Shown here: positions 13,601-24,800 of the stretch, piece after piece
Numbering within the stretch: the stretch's first letter is position 1
How the letters are laid out: each line of letters starts with the position of its first letter
Origin: Macrostomum lignano
Taxonomy: Eukaryota
Direction of reading: 5' to 3'
Assembly: GCA_002269645.1 (NCBI GenBank)
Contig: NIVC01000748.1
Coordinates: forward strand, 62,001-126,000
DNA: 64,000 bases
The notes under the pieces: generated by a model
The model's input: only the letters and a program-made list of their open reading frames with translations
Databases searched by the model: none
Told to the model about the DNA's origin: nothing
Translations under genes and position numbers: made by a program

Positions 13601-14684
13601 TCAAGGCCTAGGTAGGTAGACTATAGATAGGGCCTACAAGACCAGGTGTCACTATCAGTACGTAAATGGATAGTTCATTAATTAAAGCAAAAAAAACAGG
13701 TTGCTGGAGAAAGAAACTAAACGTTAAATTTTAGAAAACATTAGATTTAACAAAGCGTTATTTAAATAAAATGCACACACAAGTGTTATGTAATAAAAAT
13801 AATAAACAAAGAACGAAAACGTATTTGTTTTGAGGAAAGTAGAATCTGATATTTATGAATTTAGACTGAAAAATATCTGTGAAAAACATTTTTTAACTTT
13901 AGTTTTGACCCGTTTTGTGTCTGGCTTGGAACCTTAAAACAGAGCAGGGCTCGCGCTGCAACTGCGTCTCAGACTCTCAGCATCTGTCTCTTTCTGTCGT
14001 GAAATATGAAAGTAATATGAAATGATTAAGAAAGTAATATAATAAACGACTTTTCAAAAATTCATAGTTATTGACCTGTCTTAGAAATATATAAGGAGTA
14101 GGTTTATATGAAAGTAGGTTTTAGATATAAATAAAGTCTCCAGTCTAGACTTTTTTTCTAGACTTTTATAGGCTTACTTTTTTAATTAAACTTCTAGCCA
14201 ATATTGACAAGTAGTTTTCGATTATGCTTAATTTCTTTGGTATTTATTAGTGGTTTTTGGTGAAGTCGTGAAGAACTCTGTTTGTTTGTTAAAAGAGTAT
14301 ATCTAATTAATCTAAAGAACTCTTTTTTAAAAGTATGAAGTCCATTTTGGGCAAAGTTTTTCCCCTAGGTGTAAATTGTTAATGTTTAAATGAAAAAATA
14401 GCAATTTTTCATTTTTACAGATAATTGTTTCTATTTCTAAGCATTTAGTAGGCCTATTAAAAATTTATAGGCCTAGCTAGCAAGCAAAAACAAATTTATT
14501 TGTTAAATAAAATAAAATGCATTTGTTAAAATGTACCAGTAGTTAAAATCAGGCTTAGACTTGTGTGTGTGTGTGTTTGTTAACTTTGTTAAAATTTACG
14601 AGTAGCAAAAAATATGAAATTACAATCTTTTTTTATGATTAGGCCTATGTAGCTAAGTAGGCCTATTGAAAAGCTTTATGAATA

Positions 14685-15144
14685 GGCAGTTGTTATTTGT
14701 CCCGGGACCGGATGAATAGCCTTTTTGCTATTTGTCCAGTTAAATTACTAACACAAGTATCTTATTTGTTCTGTGATGAATATTCTAGATTTTTAAGACC
14801 TTTTCTTGTATACTAATTAATATTTTCTTATATACTAGAGTGTAAGCAAAACAGTGTATTCAATTCAGCATAATTTGGTGTATAAAGCACACACTAGTAT
14901 AACAATATATTAATCAAGATACGAGTAAGAAGTCTTTAAAGTCTAAGAATATTTACCCTTGTAGTTTTTATGAACTAGATATTTTAGCATTATCAATTTA
15001 ACTGGACAAATAACAAAATGTCTAGGCCTATTTGTCCGGTATTAACTGGATGAATAAGAAAGCATGGTCAGGATCCAGGAACCGGACAAATAACCATATT
15101 GCTATAATGCTATTCGTCTGGTCACCGGACAAATAACAACTACC
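14685..15144. mobile_element. MITE with ~36-bp TIRs (GGC/TAGTTGTTATTTGTCC..), Harbinger-like termini
   Basis: Left GGCAGTTGTTATTTGTCCCGGGACCGGATGAATAGC matches the reverse complement of the right end GGTAGTTGTTATTTGTCCGGTGACCAGACGAATAGC. Internal copies of TTATTTGTCCGG occur in both orientations. Confidence 0.7.
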
Positions 15145-15353
15145 TTATGAATATCAATGGACCTATAAAAAAGGCAGAACATATTAAAAGATGAGCAGTA
15201 ACTCATTGAGTCTAGACTGAGAGAGAGCAAATAACAAATTTTTGTTCCCAAAAATGAAAACTCACTATGTATATCTGTTATGTATTTTTTAGAAAAAACT
15301 GCCTCGTAAGTTTCTAAGAAACAGGGTTTCCCATCTTTCAATATCTAAGTAGT

Positions 15354-15827
15354 CCCCATAGTCAGGAAGGTGGCCTTTGCCATGGAAAATTCCAGCACAC
15401 ACAAGGGGTCCTTGGCACACTTGGTGTACAATCATGGCGCACACTGAGGTCCCTAGTGCATGTGGCACAATCATGGAGCATACTAAGGTCCCTAGCGCAT
15501 GTGACACATAATTGCGTCGCATAAGGTCCCTGACATATGCGGTGCTATGCACAACTTTGGTGCATAAGGAATCAGAGTAGACTCTTCATTAGCATAAAAC
15601 TGGCGTAGCATATTGAGTCTACATGGATTCTAAGAATTTTGTAAATTTGTCATAAAATACATAATTTATATAAATGACATAAAATATGTAAAATAAGCGC
15701 ACAGACATGGTGCACAGATGGTGCATAGATGGCGCACAAATGGTGCATAGACGGCACATAGACAGTGCATAGATCGTCCTAAAAAACTTATTCTGGCGCA
15801 TACTATGCCACCTTCCTGACTATGGAG
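15354..15827. mobile_element. MITE with 21-bp TIR (CYCCATAGTCAGGAAGGTGGC) and 4-bp TSD TAGT
   Basis: Inverted termini at 15354-15374 and 15807-15827; TAGT on both flanks; internal ~39-bp repeats (AAGGTCCCTAG..). Confidence 0.7.
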
Positions 15828-17209
15828 TAGTCTTTGGTGCATTATTATACATGCATATGTATAATATGAATAAAACTCTAAGATGTACATTTTAACTACT
15901 TGTATATTTTTAACAAAATTCATTTTAACAAATTTTTTGACAAATATATGCAAGTCTAATTCATATGGACTTGTAACTATTATTATTGTTGCCCTTTTGA
16001 CTGTCGCCTTTTTGACTGTTGCCCTTTTGATCTGTCACCCTTTAATTGGTTCTTATATACAGTGATCTATTTGATATAGTCAAAATTTACCTACAAAAAT
16101 TCATATTAGGCCTACATCAATTTATTATAACTAATAAATCATATATTATTTGTTTCTTTGTGATTAAAAAAGTTTAGAAATACCATATTACTATTGGTAT
16201 CACTACTACTGCCTTGTTAAACACTTTCATTTTTATCCCCAACCACAATTATAATACTTTAATAGGCATTTTTTAGATGATAATCATTGTTTATCCTATT
16301 AGTTTTGATTGAATGTCACTATTGAAGTTTTTCTTTTTTAATTCAAATAGAAAACACCACATTTTAATTAGGCTTAATTAGTGATTCAAATAGTTGTATT
16401 TCATCAGTTTTCAATAGAAGATAGGTCTAATCATTTCTTTCTATGTAATTTTTTGAAAAGAATCATGTTCCAAAATTGCAAAGATTTTTACAAAAACTAT
16501 AAAGAACTACAAAATATTTTTCACTAAGCCTATATAGTACATAGGAAAAGCAAATTTCAATTCAGTGAAAAGTATTTTTGAAAATCCAAAGCTTAATATA
16601 ATCAATATCATAGTAAATAAGTAATATATATATTTTTTTATAATAAATTGCTCTATTAGAAAAAATTATAAAAATGTATAGATGCATATCAAGGGTCACA
16701 CAAAAACATACCAAGAGGTTAGGGGCCTAGTTTTGAAGGTACATAGGCTGCATCTTGGGGTCAAAAAGTATATGCCAAGGCTTAGAAGGCATTGCAGCAA
16801 TAAAGGACCTTTTTGGCACTTTTTAGTGCTTTGGTAGTATTAGCATACTAACAAAATATCATTGCTACTTGAAATATACCAAATAACTTTTCCAACTTTT
16901 GATGTTTTGACCATTAGGCCATTTTGTACATGGCCATTTTGACATGGATTCTAAGCACTACATTAAGTGTTACATTGCTCTACATTGTGCCATACCACAC
17001 TAAGTGCTACCTTTGAAAATATGTTCTGTCACCATTGCAAGGTCATTTTGAAAATGAGTAGGAGTTATTTTATTTTTCAATTTGCAATTTTTTTTTCAAT
17101 TTGCCAAAAATAAGCTTTTTGTACCAAAGAAGACTATATAACCATATATGTAAATATAAATTTTATAATAGATAGTAATCAAGGCAAGCTTGGATGCAAC
17201 CTAGGGATT

Positions 17210-17333
17210 CACCTGGCCATTTCTATTGGCAACACATACATGTAAGTTGCTATTGGATGGAATAGTAGTCACATGACTGGTCTTAGCCAATAGCAACTTG
17301 CATGTGTGTGTTGCCAATAGAAATGGCCGAGTG
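17210..17333. repeat. Short palindromic element (47-bp arms, 30-nt loop)
   Basis: 17210-17256 is the reverse complement of 17287-17333 with a few mismatches. Confidence 0.85.
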
Positions 17334-17439
17334 ATTGTCAAGGGCATAGACCAAGGCATAAACTATTTATGTTTAGATTTTAGCTCATTGGGTTATTTTA
17401 GCTTCGGCTTTTTGACTATTGATATTTTTAAAATCTTTA

Positions 17440-18226
17440 GGCTCATTCCATATAAGCATGGTCGTAACATGACAGGCTATTTTTACTTATAAAATGAAAT
17501 ATAATAATAGAATATACTAAACCAATATTTTAAATGAAAGATAATTTTGTCAAAAATATTTTTATAGAGTTTCATGTAGATATCATCATTAGTATAGATG
17601 CTATTAAACCTTGAATGGCACTTATGGTCGTAACAACAGGATTTTTGACATATAGAAACTAAAAGGTAAAATTCTTATAACATTTTTATTTTTGATATTT
17701 TGCAATACATTTTTTAAAATTTGACTAAGAACATCTTTAGTAATCATACTCTTTTTGTAGAATATATAAACTCAAAAAGGCAACAAAGATACAAAAGAAA
17801 AGGCAGCCTTATGGTCGTAACATTATGGTCGTAACATATTTTTTTCTGTCAATTCAGTAACTTTGAGGTACCAATATATTAAAAATATAATAGATTATTT
17901 GGTCACCAATACTTTTATCTGATGATGCAAGTACTATACTTTTATCTATAGTTTGTTTCAACCTTCAAAAGCTTTCTATTTGTTTTTAAAAGGTACAAAA
18001 TCTTAATGATGTCTTTTGCTTCGAAAAAATGTCTAAATTTTTACAAAAATGACTTTTTGCTAATTGATAACATACTAATCCAACATTTTACCATTCCTTT
18101 ATTCTTAGATTGTATATATTGCACAATATAAACATTTGGTAAAAAATAGGCTAATTAGGCAATGGCAAGCAAAAATATTGACTTTTTTCTATTTTCCAAA
18201 AATGTCCATCTTATATGGAATGAGCT
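17440..18226. mobile_element. PIF/Harbinger-like MITE with 16-bp TIR GCTCATTCCATATAAG
   Basis: Exact inverted 16-mer at both ends, TTA/TTT flanks, four subterminal ATGGTCGTAACA motifs. Confidence 0.6.
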
Positions 18227-18823
18227 TTTAGCATTAATATTAATAGTAATGTCCTATTTATCTTTAAAACTTGTCAATTTACCAATTTGTCAAGAACTTA
18301 TCTTTAGAGATTTAGGAGTATCAGCTATTTTGTTAAATAATTATACCCTTATACCTAGAATAATAGTTATACTAAGTATAATAGTTATACCTAGTATATT
18401 AGTTATACCCGAACAGCTATAATTGCTTTTTAAAGTATTGGTATAAGGCCTAGCAAAATATTTATAGCTATTTTGTGTTCTTAAATTAATAATATAAAAT
18501 ATATATATATATAATTCTAATTTTCAAAACAAAAAGCTCAATAAATGTCAATAGAGCTATCAAGAAAGTAATAATCCTTTTAAAAGATAAATATTGGGTC
18601 CAACTCTTATCAAAAACAATAGCATTTATTGGTAAAAACCTGTCCCATAAATGTTTTCCACGAACTTTAGTTCTCCCCTATACTTGAGTATTCATTGTCT
18701 ATGACTAAAAAATAGGACAAAATATTATGCTTTATTTTCATTTTATGAGACAATATGAGAAAAATGCAAAGCAAGTATAGTAAATGTTTATGCAAGAAAT
18801 AAATTAAAGTTTTATTTTTATTC

Positions 18824-19653
18824 ATGGATTACTTTTGCCTCAGCGATAGCGATGAGGAGTCGCCTAATAGAGTATTCAGGGAGTCTGGAGGGCCGCCCAG
18901 CTCAGTGCTGATGCAGCTCTATGATCAGATTGGTCGGGCTGGTGCTACAAATGGTGGCTGCCTGCCATTGGAATGGAAGAGACCAGTGCCTGCTAGGCAG
19001 CAAATGCAGCCACCTCAGCATCCATTGATGCATCAAGGTATTTTGCACTGTGTTTTACTGTTACTTATGAAGATTAACTGACAACGCATATTTCATATTA
19101 ATTTTACAAGGCTGCAGGAGCAAGTTCCTAATTATCTAATGAGTGTTAGACTGCTACAAGAAGCTAATTAGCTGACGAGGCATTGTGCAATTTTTATATA
19201 CTGTAATTTACTCTCGCCTTTTACCCAAATAAAAGTTGTAGCTTGTCATTTGAAATAGCCCAAAGAAGATGAATAGCCAATGCAACTAAACTCATTCCAG
19301 TGGATTACGGACATGGCGTTCAATCTGCTGGCGTCTCAAGCAATTGCATAGGCAATGCTCACAATAGTGACCAAGTTTCTCAACAACAGCACGTTGTGGT
19401 CACTCAGCACGGCGCCGTGAACATCGGGGTGCCCATTACTATACAACAGAAACCGGCCGAACTGGCTTCATCATCTCATCAGCATCATCCCGCTCAGCCG
19501 CCTCGCATCCTGCACGTGATTCAGGGCAGCCAACTGCAACAGCTGATCCAGCAGTCTCAGCAGCATCAGCAGCAGCAGATTCAGGTGAATCTGGCGCCCA
19601 TCGGCCTGGCCCCAGTTGCCAATAGCAACAGGCCGCCGCATTCTGTTGGTTAA
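18824..19653 (+). CDS. Putative two-exon gene: PAGR1/PA1-like N-terminal motif followed by a Gln-rich low-complexity region
   Basis: ATG 18824; donor GT at 19038; acceptor CCAG| at 19300 keeps the frame. SDSDEE..PPSSVLMQLYDQI..LPLEWKRP resembles the PAGR1 core (SDEE..PxxEIxxLYExL..LELEWKCP). GC-rich coding-like island in AT-rich DNA. The 3' end is uncertain. Confidence 0.5.
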
Positions 19654-19729
19654 CATTGCCTTTGCTCCATCGTTTTAATAAAGACTCAAGATTGACATCT
19701 GGGTCCAGAGATCCCAGTGATCCCAGAAA

Positions 19730-20215
19730 TCAAATATTTATGATTGCAATATTGGGATCTGGGATTTATGATTGCAATATTGGGATCTGGGATTTATGAT
19801 TGCAATATTGGGATCTGGGATTTATCATTGCAGTATTGAGATCTGGGATTTATGATTGCAATATTGGGATCTGGGATTTATGATTGCAATATTGGGATCT
19901 GGGATTTATGATTGCAATATTGGGATCTGGGATTTATGATTGCAATATTGGGATCTGGGATTTATCATTGCAATATTGGGATCTGGGATTTATGATTGCA
20001 ATATTGGGATCTGGGATTTTTGATTGCAATATTGGAATCTGGGATTTATGATTGCAATATTGGGATTTGGGATTTTTGATTGCAATATTGGGATTTGGGG
20101 TTTATGATTGCAATATTTGCATCTGGGATTTATGATTGCAATATTGGGATCTGGGATTTATGATTGCAATATTGGGATTTGGGATTTATGATTGCAATAT
20201 TGGGATCTAGGATCG
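19730..20215. repeat. 28-bp minisatellite (GGGATTTATGATTGCAATATTGGGATCT)n
   Basis: About 17 tandem units. Confidence 0.95.
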
Positions 20216-20794
20216 GGGAGAATTTTAAAAAAATTTGAAAGTAGCACTTTTGTCTGCTCTATTTCGCCATTTATACCTGGCAATCTCTTTCACCCTTGCT
20301 TATTTAGGCTTGAATTTATCGTATTTTTGTGTTGCTTTCAAAATTAGTGAACATATTTGGTTAAATAATGATGATTTATATTGAAGCAATTCAATATAAA
20401 AATTGCTACACACCATTATTTAATTGTGTTCTCGCATGTTATAAGCTACATTTGCATTGTTTGCATTTTTTCTATTTGCATACTCCAACTAACACAGCTA
20501 GTCTTCAACTGCAATGTATTTAGCATTGTGAATGCTTTTTTCCCTGCTTCCTACCTGTCTACAATTTTAGTAATTAACCTGTCTAGTATTAATAAGTATA
20601 TCAATTAAACAATACGGTAATTATTGTTTTTGTAATGAAGCCATACAAAATTGCAATTGTTAGTATTTTTAGTAATAAATAAAAAAGGTGTCTTCTGCAA
20701 CTTTGTGCCGATCAGCTTTGCACTTTTACCTTGTCAAATTGTTCTTCTTTTGTCTGGCTATTTATTTATTACCCTCACCCTAATAACAGTAGTA

Positions 20795-21710
20795 GTCAGA
20801 CACCTCACTGCCCCAATCCTCAGATTGGTCAGACATCTCATTGCCTCAATCCTCAGATTGGTCAGACACCTCACTGCCTCAATCCTCAGATTGGTCAGAC
20901 ATCTCACTGCCTCAATCCTCAGATTGGTCAGACATCTCACTGCCCCAATCCTCAGATTGGTCAGACATCTCACTGCCTCAATCCTCAGATTGGTCAGACA
21001 TCTCACTGCCTCAATCCTCAGATTGGTCAGACATCTCACTGCCCTAGCCCTCAGATTGGTCAGACACCTCACTGCCCCAATCCTCAGATTGGTCAGACAT
21101 CTCACTGCCCCAATCCTCAGATTGGTCAGACATCTCACTGCCTCAATCCTCAGATTGGTCAGACATCTCACTGCCCCAATCCTCAGATTGGTCAGACATC
21201 TCACTGCCCCAATCCTCAGATTGGTCAGACATCTCACTGCCTCAATCCTCAGATTGGTCAGACATCTCACTGCCCTAGCCCTCAGATTGGTCAGACATCT
21301 CACTGCCCCAATCCTCAGATTGGTCAGACATCTCACTGCCCCAATCCTCAGATTGGTCAGACATCTCACTGCCTCAATCCTCAGATTGGTCAGACATCTC
21401 ACTGCCCTAACCCTCAGATTGGTCAGACACCTCACTGCCCCAATCCTCAGATTGGTCAGACACCTCACTGTTTCAATCCTCAGATTGGTCAGACATCTCA
21501 CTGTTTCAATCCTCAGATTGGTCAGACATCTCACTGCCTCAATCCTCAGATTGGTCAGACATCTCACTGCCTCAATCCTCAGATTGGTCAGACATCTCAC
21601 TGCCTTAATCCTCATTGGTCAGACATCTCACTGCCTCAATCCTCAGATTGGTCAGACATCTCACTGCCTTAATCCTCATTGGTCAGACACCTCACTGTTT
21701 CAATCCTCAG
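20795..21710. repeat. 33-bp minisatellite (CAGATTGGTCAGACATCTCACTGCCTCAATCCT)n just upstream of KIF19
   Basis: About 27 units; this explains the overlapping repetitive ORFs. Confidence 0.95.
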
Positions 21711-21891
21711 TTCAGGCACTGCTTCTATAAATGTATCATGATGACAGATTTCCAAATGTGATTATTTTCATGCTGGATGTAACCACTGCTCAATAAGAAA
21801 TGCAACAAAGAATTGAGATCTCCGAGAGTTGTTGACAGTGCCAGAAAAAGAATAGATTTGAATTCACTTGGACATCCCGACTGTTTACGCG

Positions 21892-24800
21892 ATGCCAGCC
21901 GACAAATCCACACTGGTTGGCGATCAAAATTTAATGGTTAGTTTCTCCATGCTTCGCAAAATTGTAAATCAAATCGATTCCAAATACAGTCACATAAATT
22001 TGGGGCTATGTAATATAGGTTTGGCTCGACAATTAACGGCCTTAATAACCAACCCCCGTTAATTTAACTAAAATAAATTAGCTAAAATCCAATTCAGGTT
22101 TGCGTCCGTATTCGACCAATCAGCGAGGAGGAAATACTCAATGGATCCAACGTTATCGCGCACACCGTTGACGACCGCGTTGTGGTGCTGCTGGATCCAA
22201 GCGAAGATCCAGACGATATATTGCGGGCCAATCGCAGCAGAGAGAGGCAGTTCGTGTTCGACCGGGCGTTTGACTGCAATTCTACTCAGGTAGGGTGTGG
22301 GGATAATCCCCTAGGATCCCATATTAGATCATCCATCAGATCCTTTATCAGATAATCCCCTCAGATACCATATCAGATAATCCCCTCAGATCCCATATCA
22401 GAGAATCCCCCAGTTCCAATATCAGATAATCCCCTCAGATACCATATCAGATATTCCCTCCAGATCCCATATCAGATAATCACCCCAGATCCCATATCAG
22501 ATAATCACCCCAGATCCCATATCAGATAATCCCCTCAGATACCATATCAGATAATCCCCTCAGATCCCATATCAGATAATCCCCTCAGATCCCATATCAG
22601 ATAATCCCCTCAGATACTATATCAGATAATCCCCTCAGATACCATGTCAGATAATCCCTCCAGATACCATATCAGATAATCCCCTCAGATACTATATCAG
22701 ATAATCCCCTCAGATACCATATCAGATAATCCCCTCAGATACTATATCAGATAATCCTCTCAGATCCCATATCAGATAATCACCCCAGATCCCATATCAG
22801 ATAATCCCCTCAGATACCATATCAGATAATCCCCTCAGATCCCATATCAGATAATCCCCTCAGATCCCATATCAGATAATCCCCTCAGATCCTATATCAG
22901 ATAATCCTCTCAGATCCCATATCAGATAATCCCCTCAGATACCATATCAGATAATCCCCTCAGATCCCATATCAGATAATCACCCCAGATCCCATATCAG
23001 ATAATCCCCTCAGATACCATATCAGATAATCCCCTCAGATCCCATATCAGATAATCCCCCAGTTCCAATATCAGATAATCCCCTCAGATACCATATCAGA
23101 TATTCCCTCCAGATCCCATATCAGATAATCACCCCAGATCCCATATCAGATAATCACCCCAGATCCCATATCAGATAATCCCCTCAGATACCATATCAGA
23201 TAATCCCCTCAGATCCCATATCAGATAATCCCCTCAGATCCCATATCAGATAATCCCCTCAGATACTATATCAGATAATCCCCTCAGATACCATGTCAGA
23301 TAATCCCTCCAGATACCATATCAGATAATCCCCTCAGATACTATATCAGATAATCCCCTCAGATACCATATCAGATAATCCCCTCAGATACTATATCAGA
23401 TAATCCTCTCAGATCCCATATCAGATAATCACCCCAGATCCCATATCAGATAATCCCCTCAGATACCATATCAGATAATCCCCTCAGATCCCATATCAGA
23501 TAATCCCCTCAGATCCCATATCAGATAATCCCCTCAGATCCTATATCAGATAATCCTCTCAGATCCCATATCAGATAATCCCCTCAGATACCATATCAGA
23601 TAATCCCCTCAGATCCCATATCAGATAATCACCCCAGATCCCATATCAGATAATCCCCTCAGATACCATATCAGATAATCCCCTCAGATCCCATATCAGA
23701 TAATCCCCTCAGATCCCATATCAGATAATCCCCTCAGATCCTATATCAGATAATCCTCTCAGATCCCATATCAGATAATCCCCTCAGATACCATATCAGA
23801 TAATCCCCTCAGATCCCATATCAGATAATCCCCTCAGATACCATATCAGATAATCCCCTCAGATCCCATATCAGATAATCCCCTCAGATCCCATATCAGA
23901 TAATCCCCTCAGATACTATATCAGATAATCCCCTCAGATACCATGTCAGATAATCCCTCCAGATCCCATATCAGATAATCCCCTCAGATACCATATCAGA
24001 TAATCCCCTCAGATCCCATATCAGATAATCCCTCCAGATCCCATATCAGATAATCCCCTCAGATCCCATATCAGATAACTCCCTCAGATCCCATATCAGA
24101 TAATCCCTTCAGATACCATATATCAGATAATCACCCCAGATCCCATATCAGATAATCCCCTCAGATCCTATATCAGATAACTCCCCCACATCCCATATCA
24201 GATAATCCCCTCAGATACCATATCAGATAATCCTCTCAGATCCCATATCAGATAATCCCTTCAGATACCATATATCAGATAATCCCCTCAGATCCCATAT
24301 CAGATAATCCCCTCAGATCCCATATCAGATAATCCCTTCAGATACCATATATCAGATAATCCCTCCAGATACCATATCAGATAATCCTCTCAGATCCCAT
24401 ATCAGATAATCCCTTCAGATACCATATATCAGATAATCCCCTCAGATCCCATATCAGATAATCCCCTCAGATCCCATATCAGATAATCCCCTCAGATACC
24501 ATATCAGATAATCTCCTCAGATCCCATATCAGATAATCCCCTCAGATCCCATATCAGATAATCCCCTCAGATACTATATCAGATAATCCCCTCAGATACT
24601 ATATCAGATAATCCCCTCAGATCCCATGTCAGATAATCACCCCAGATCCGATATCAGATAATCCCCTCAGATACCATGTCAGATAATCCCTCCAGATCCC
24701 ATATCAGATAATCCCCTCAGATACCATATATCAGATAATCACCCCAGATCCCATATCAGATAATCCCCTCAGATCCTATATCAGATATTCCCCAGATCTC

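Noticed and set aside
20651-21730. Overlapping 285-359-aa repetitive ORFs on both strands
   Set aside because: A 33-bp unit is stop-free in several frames; no true start or splice support.
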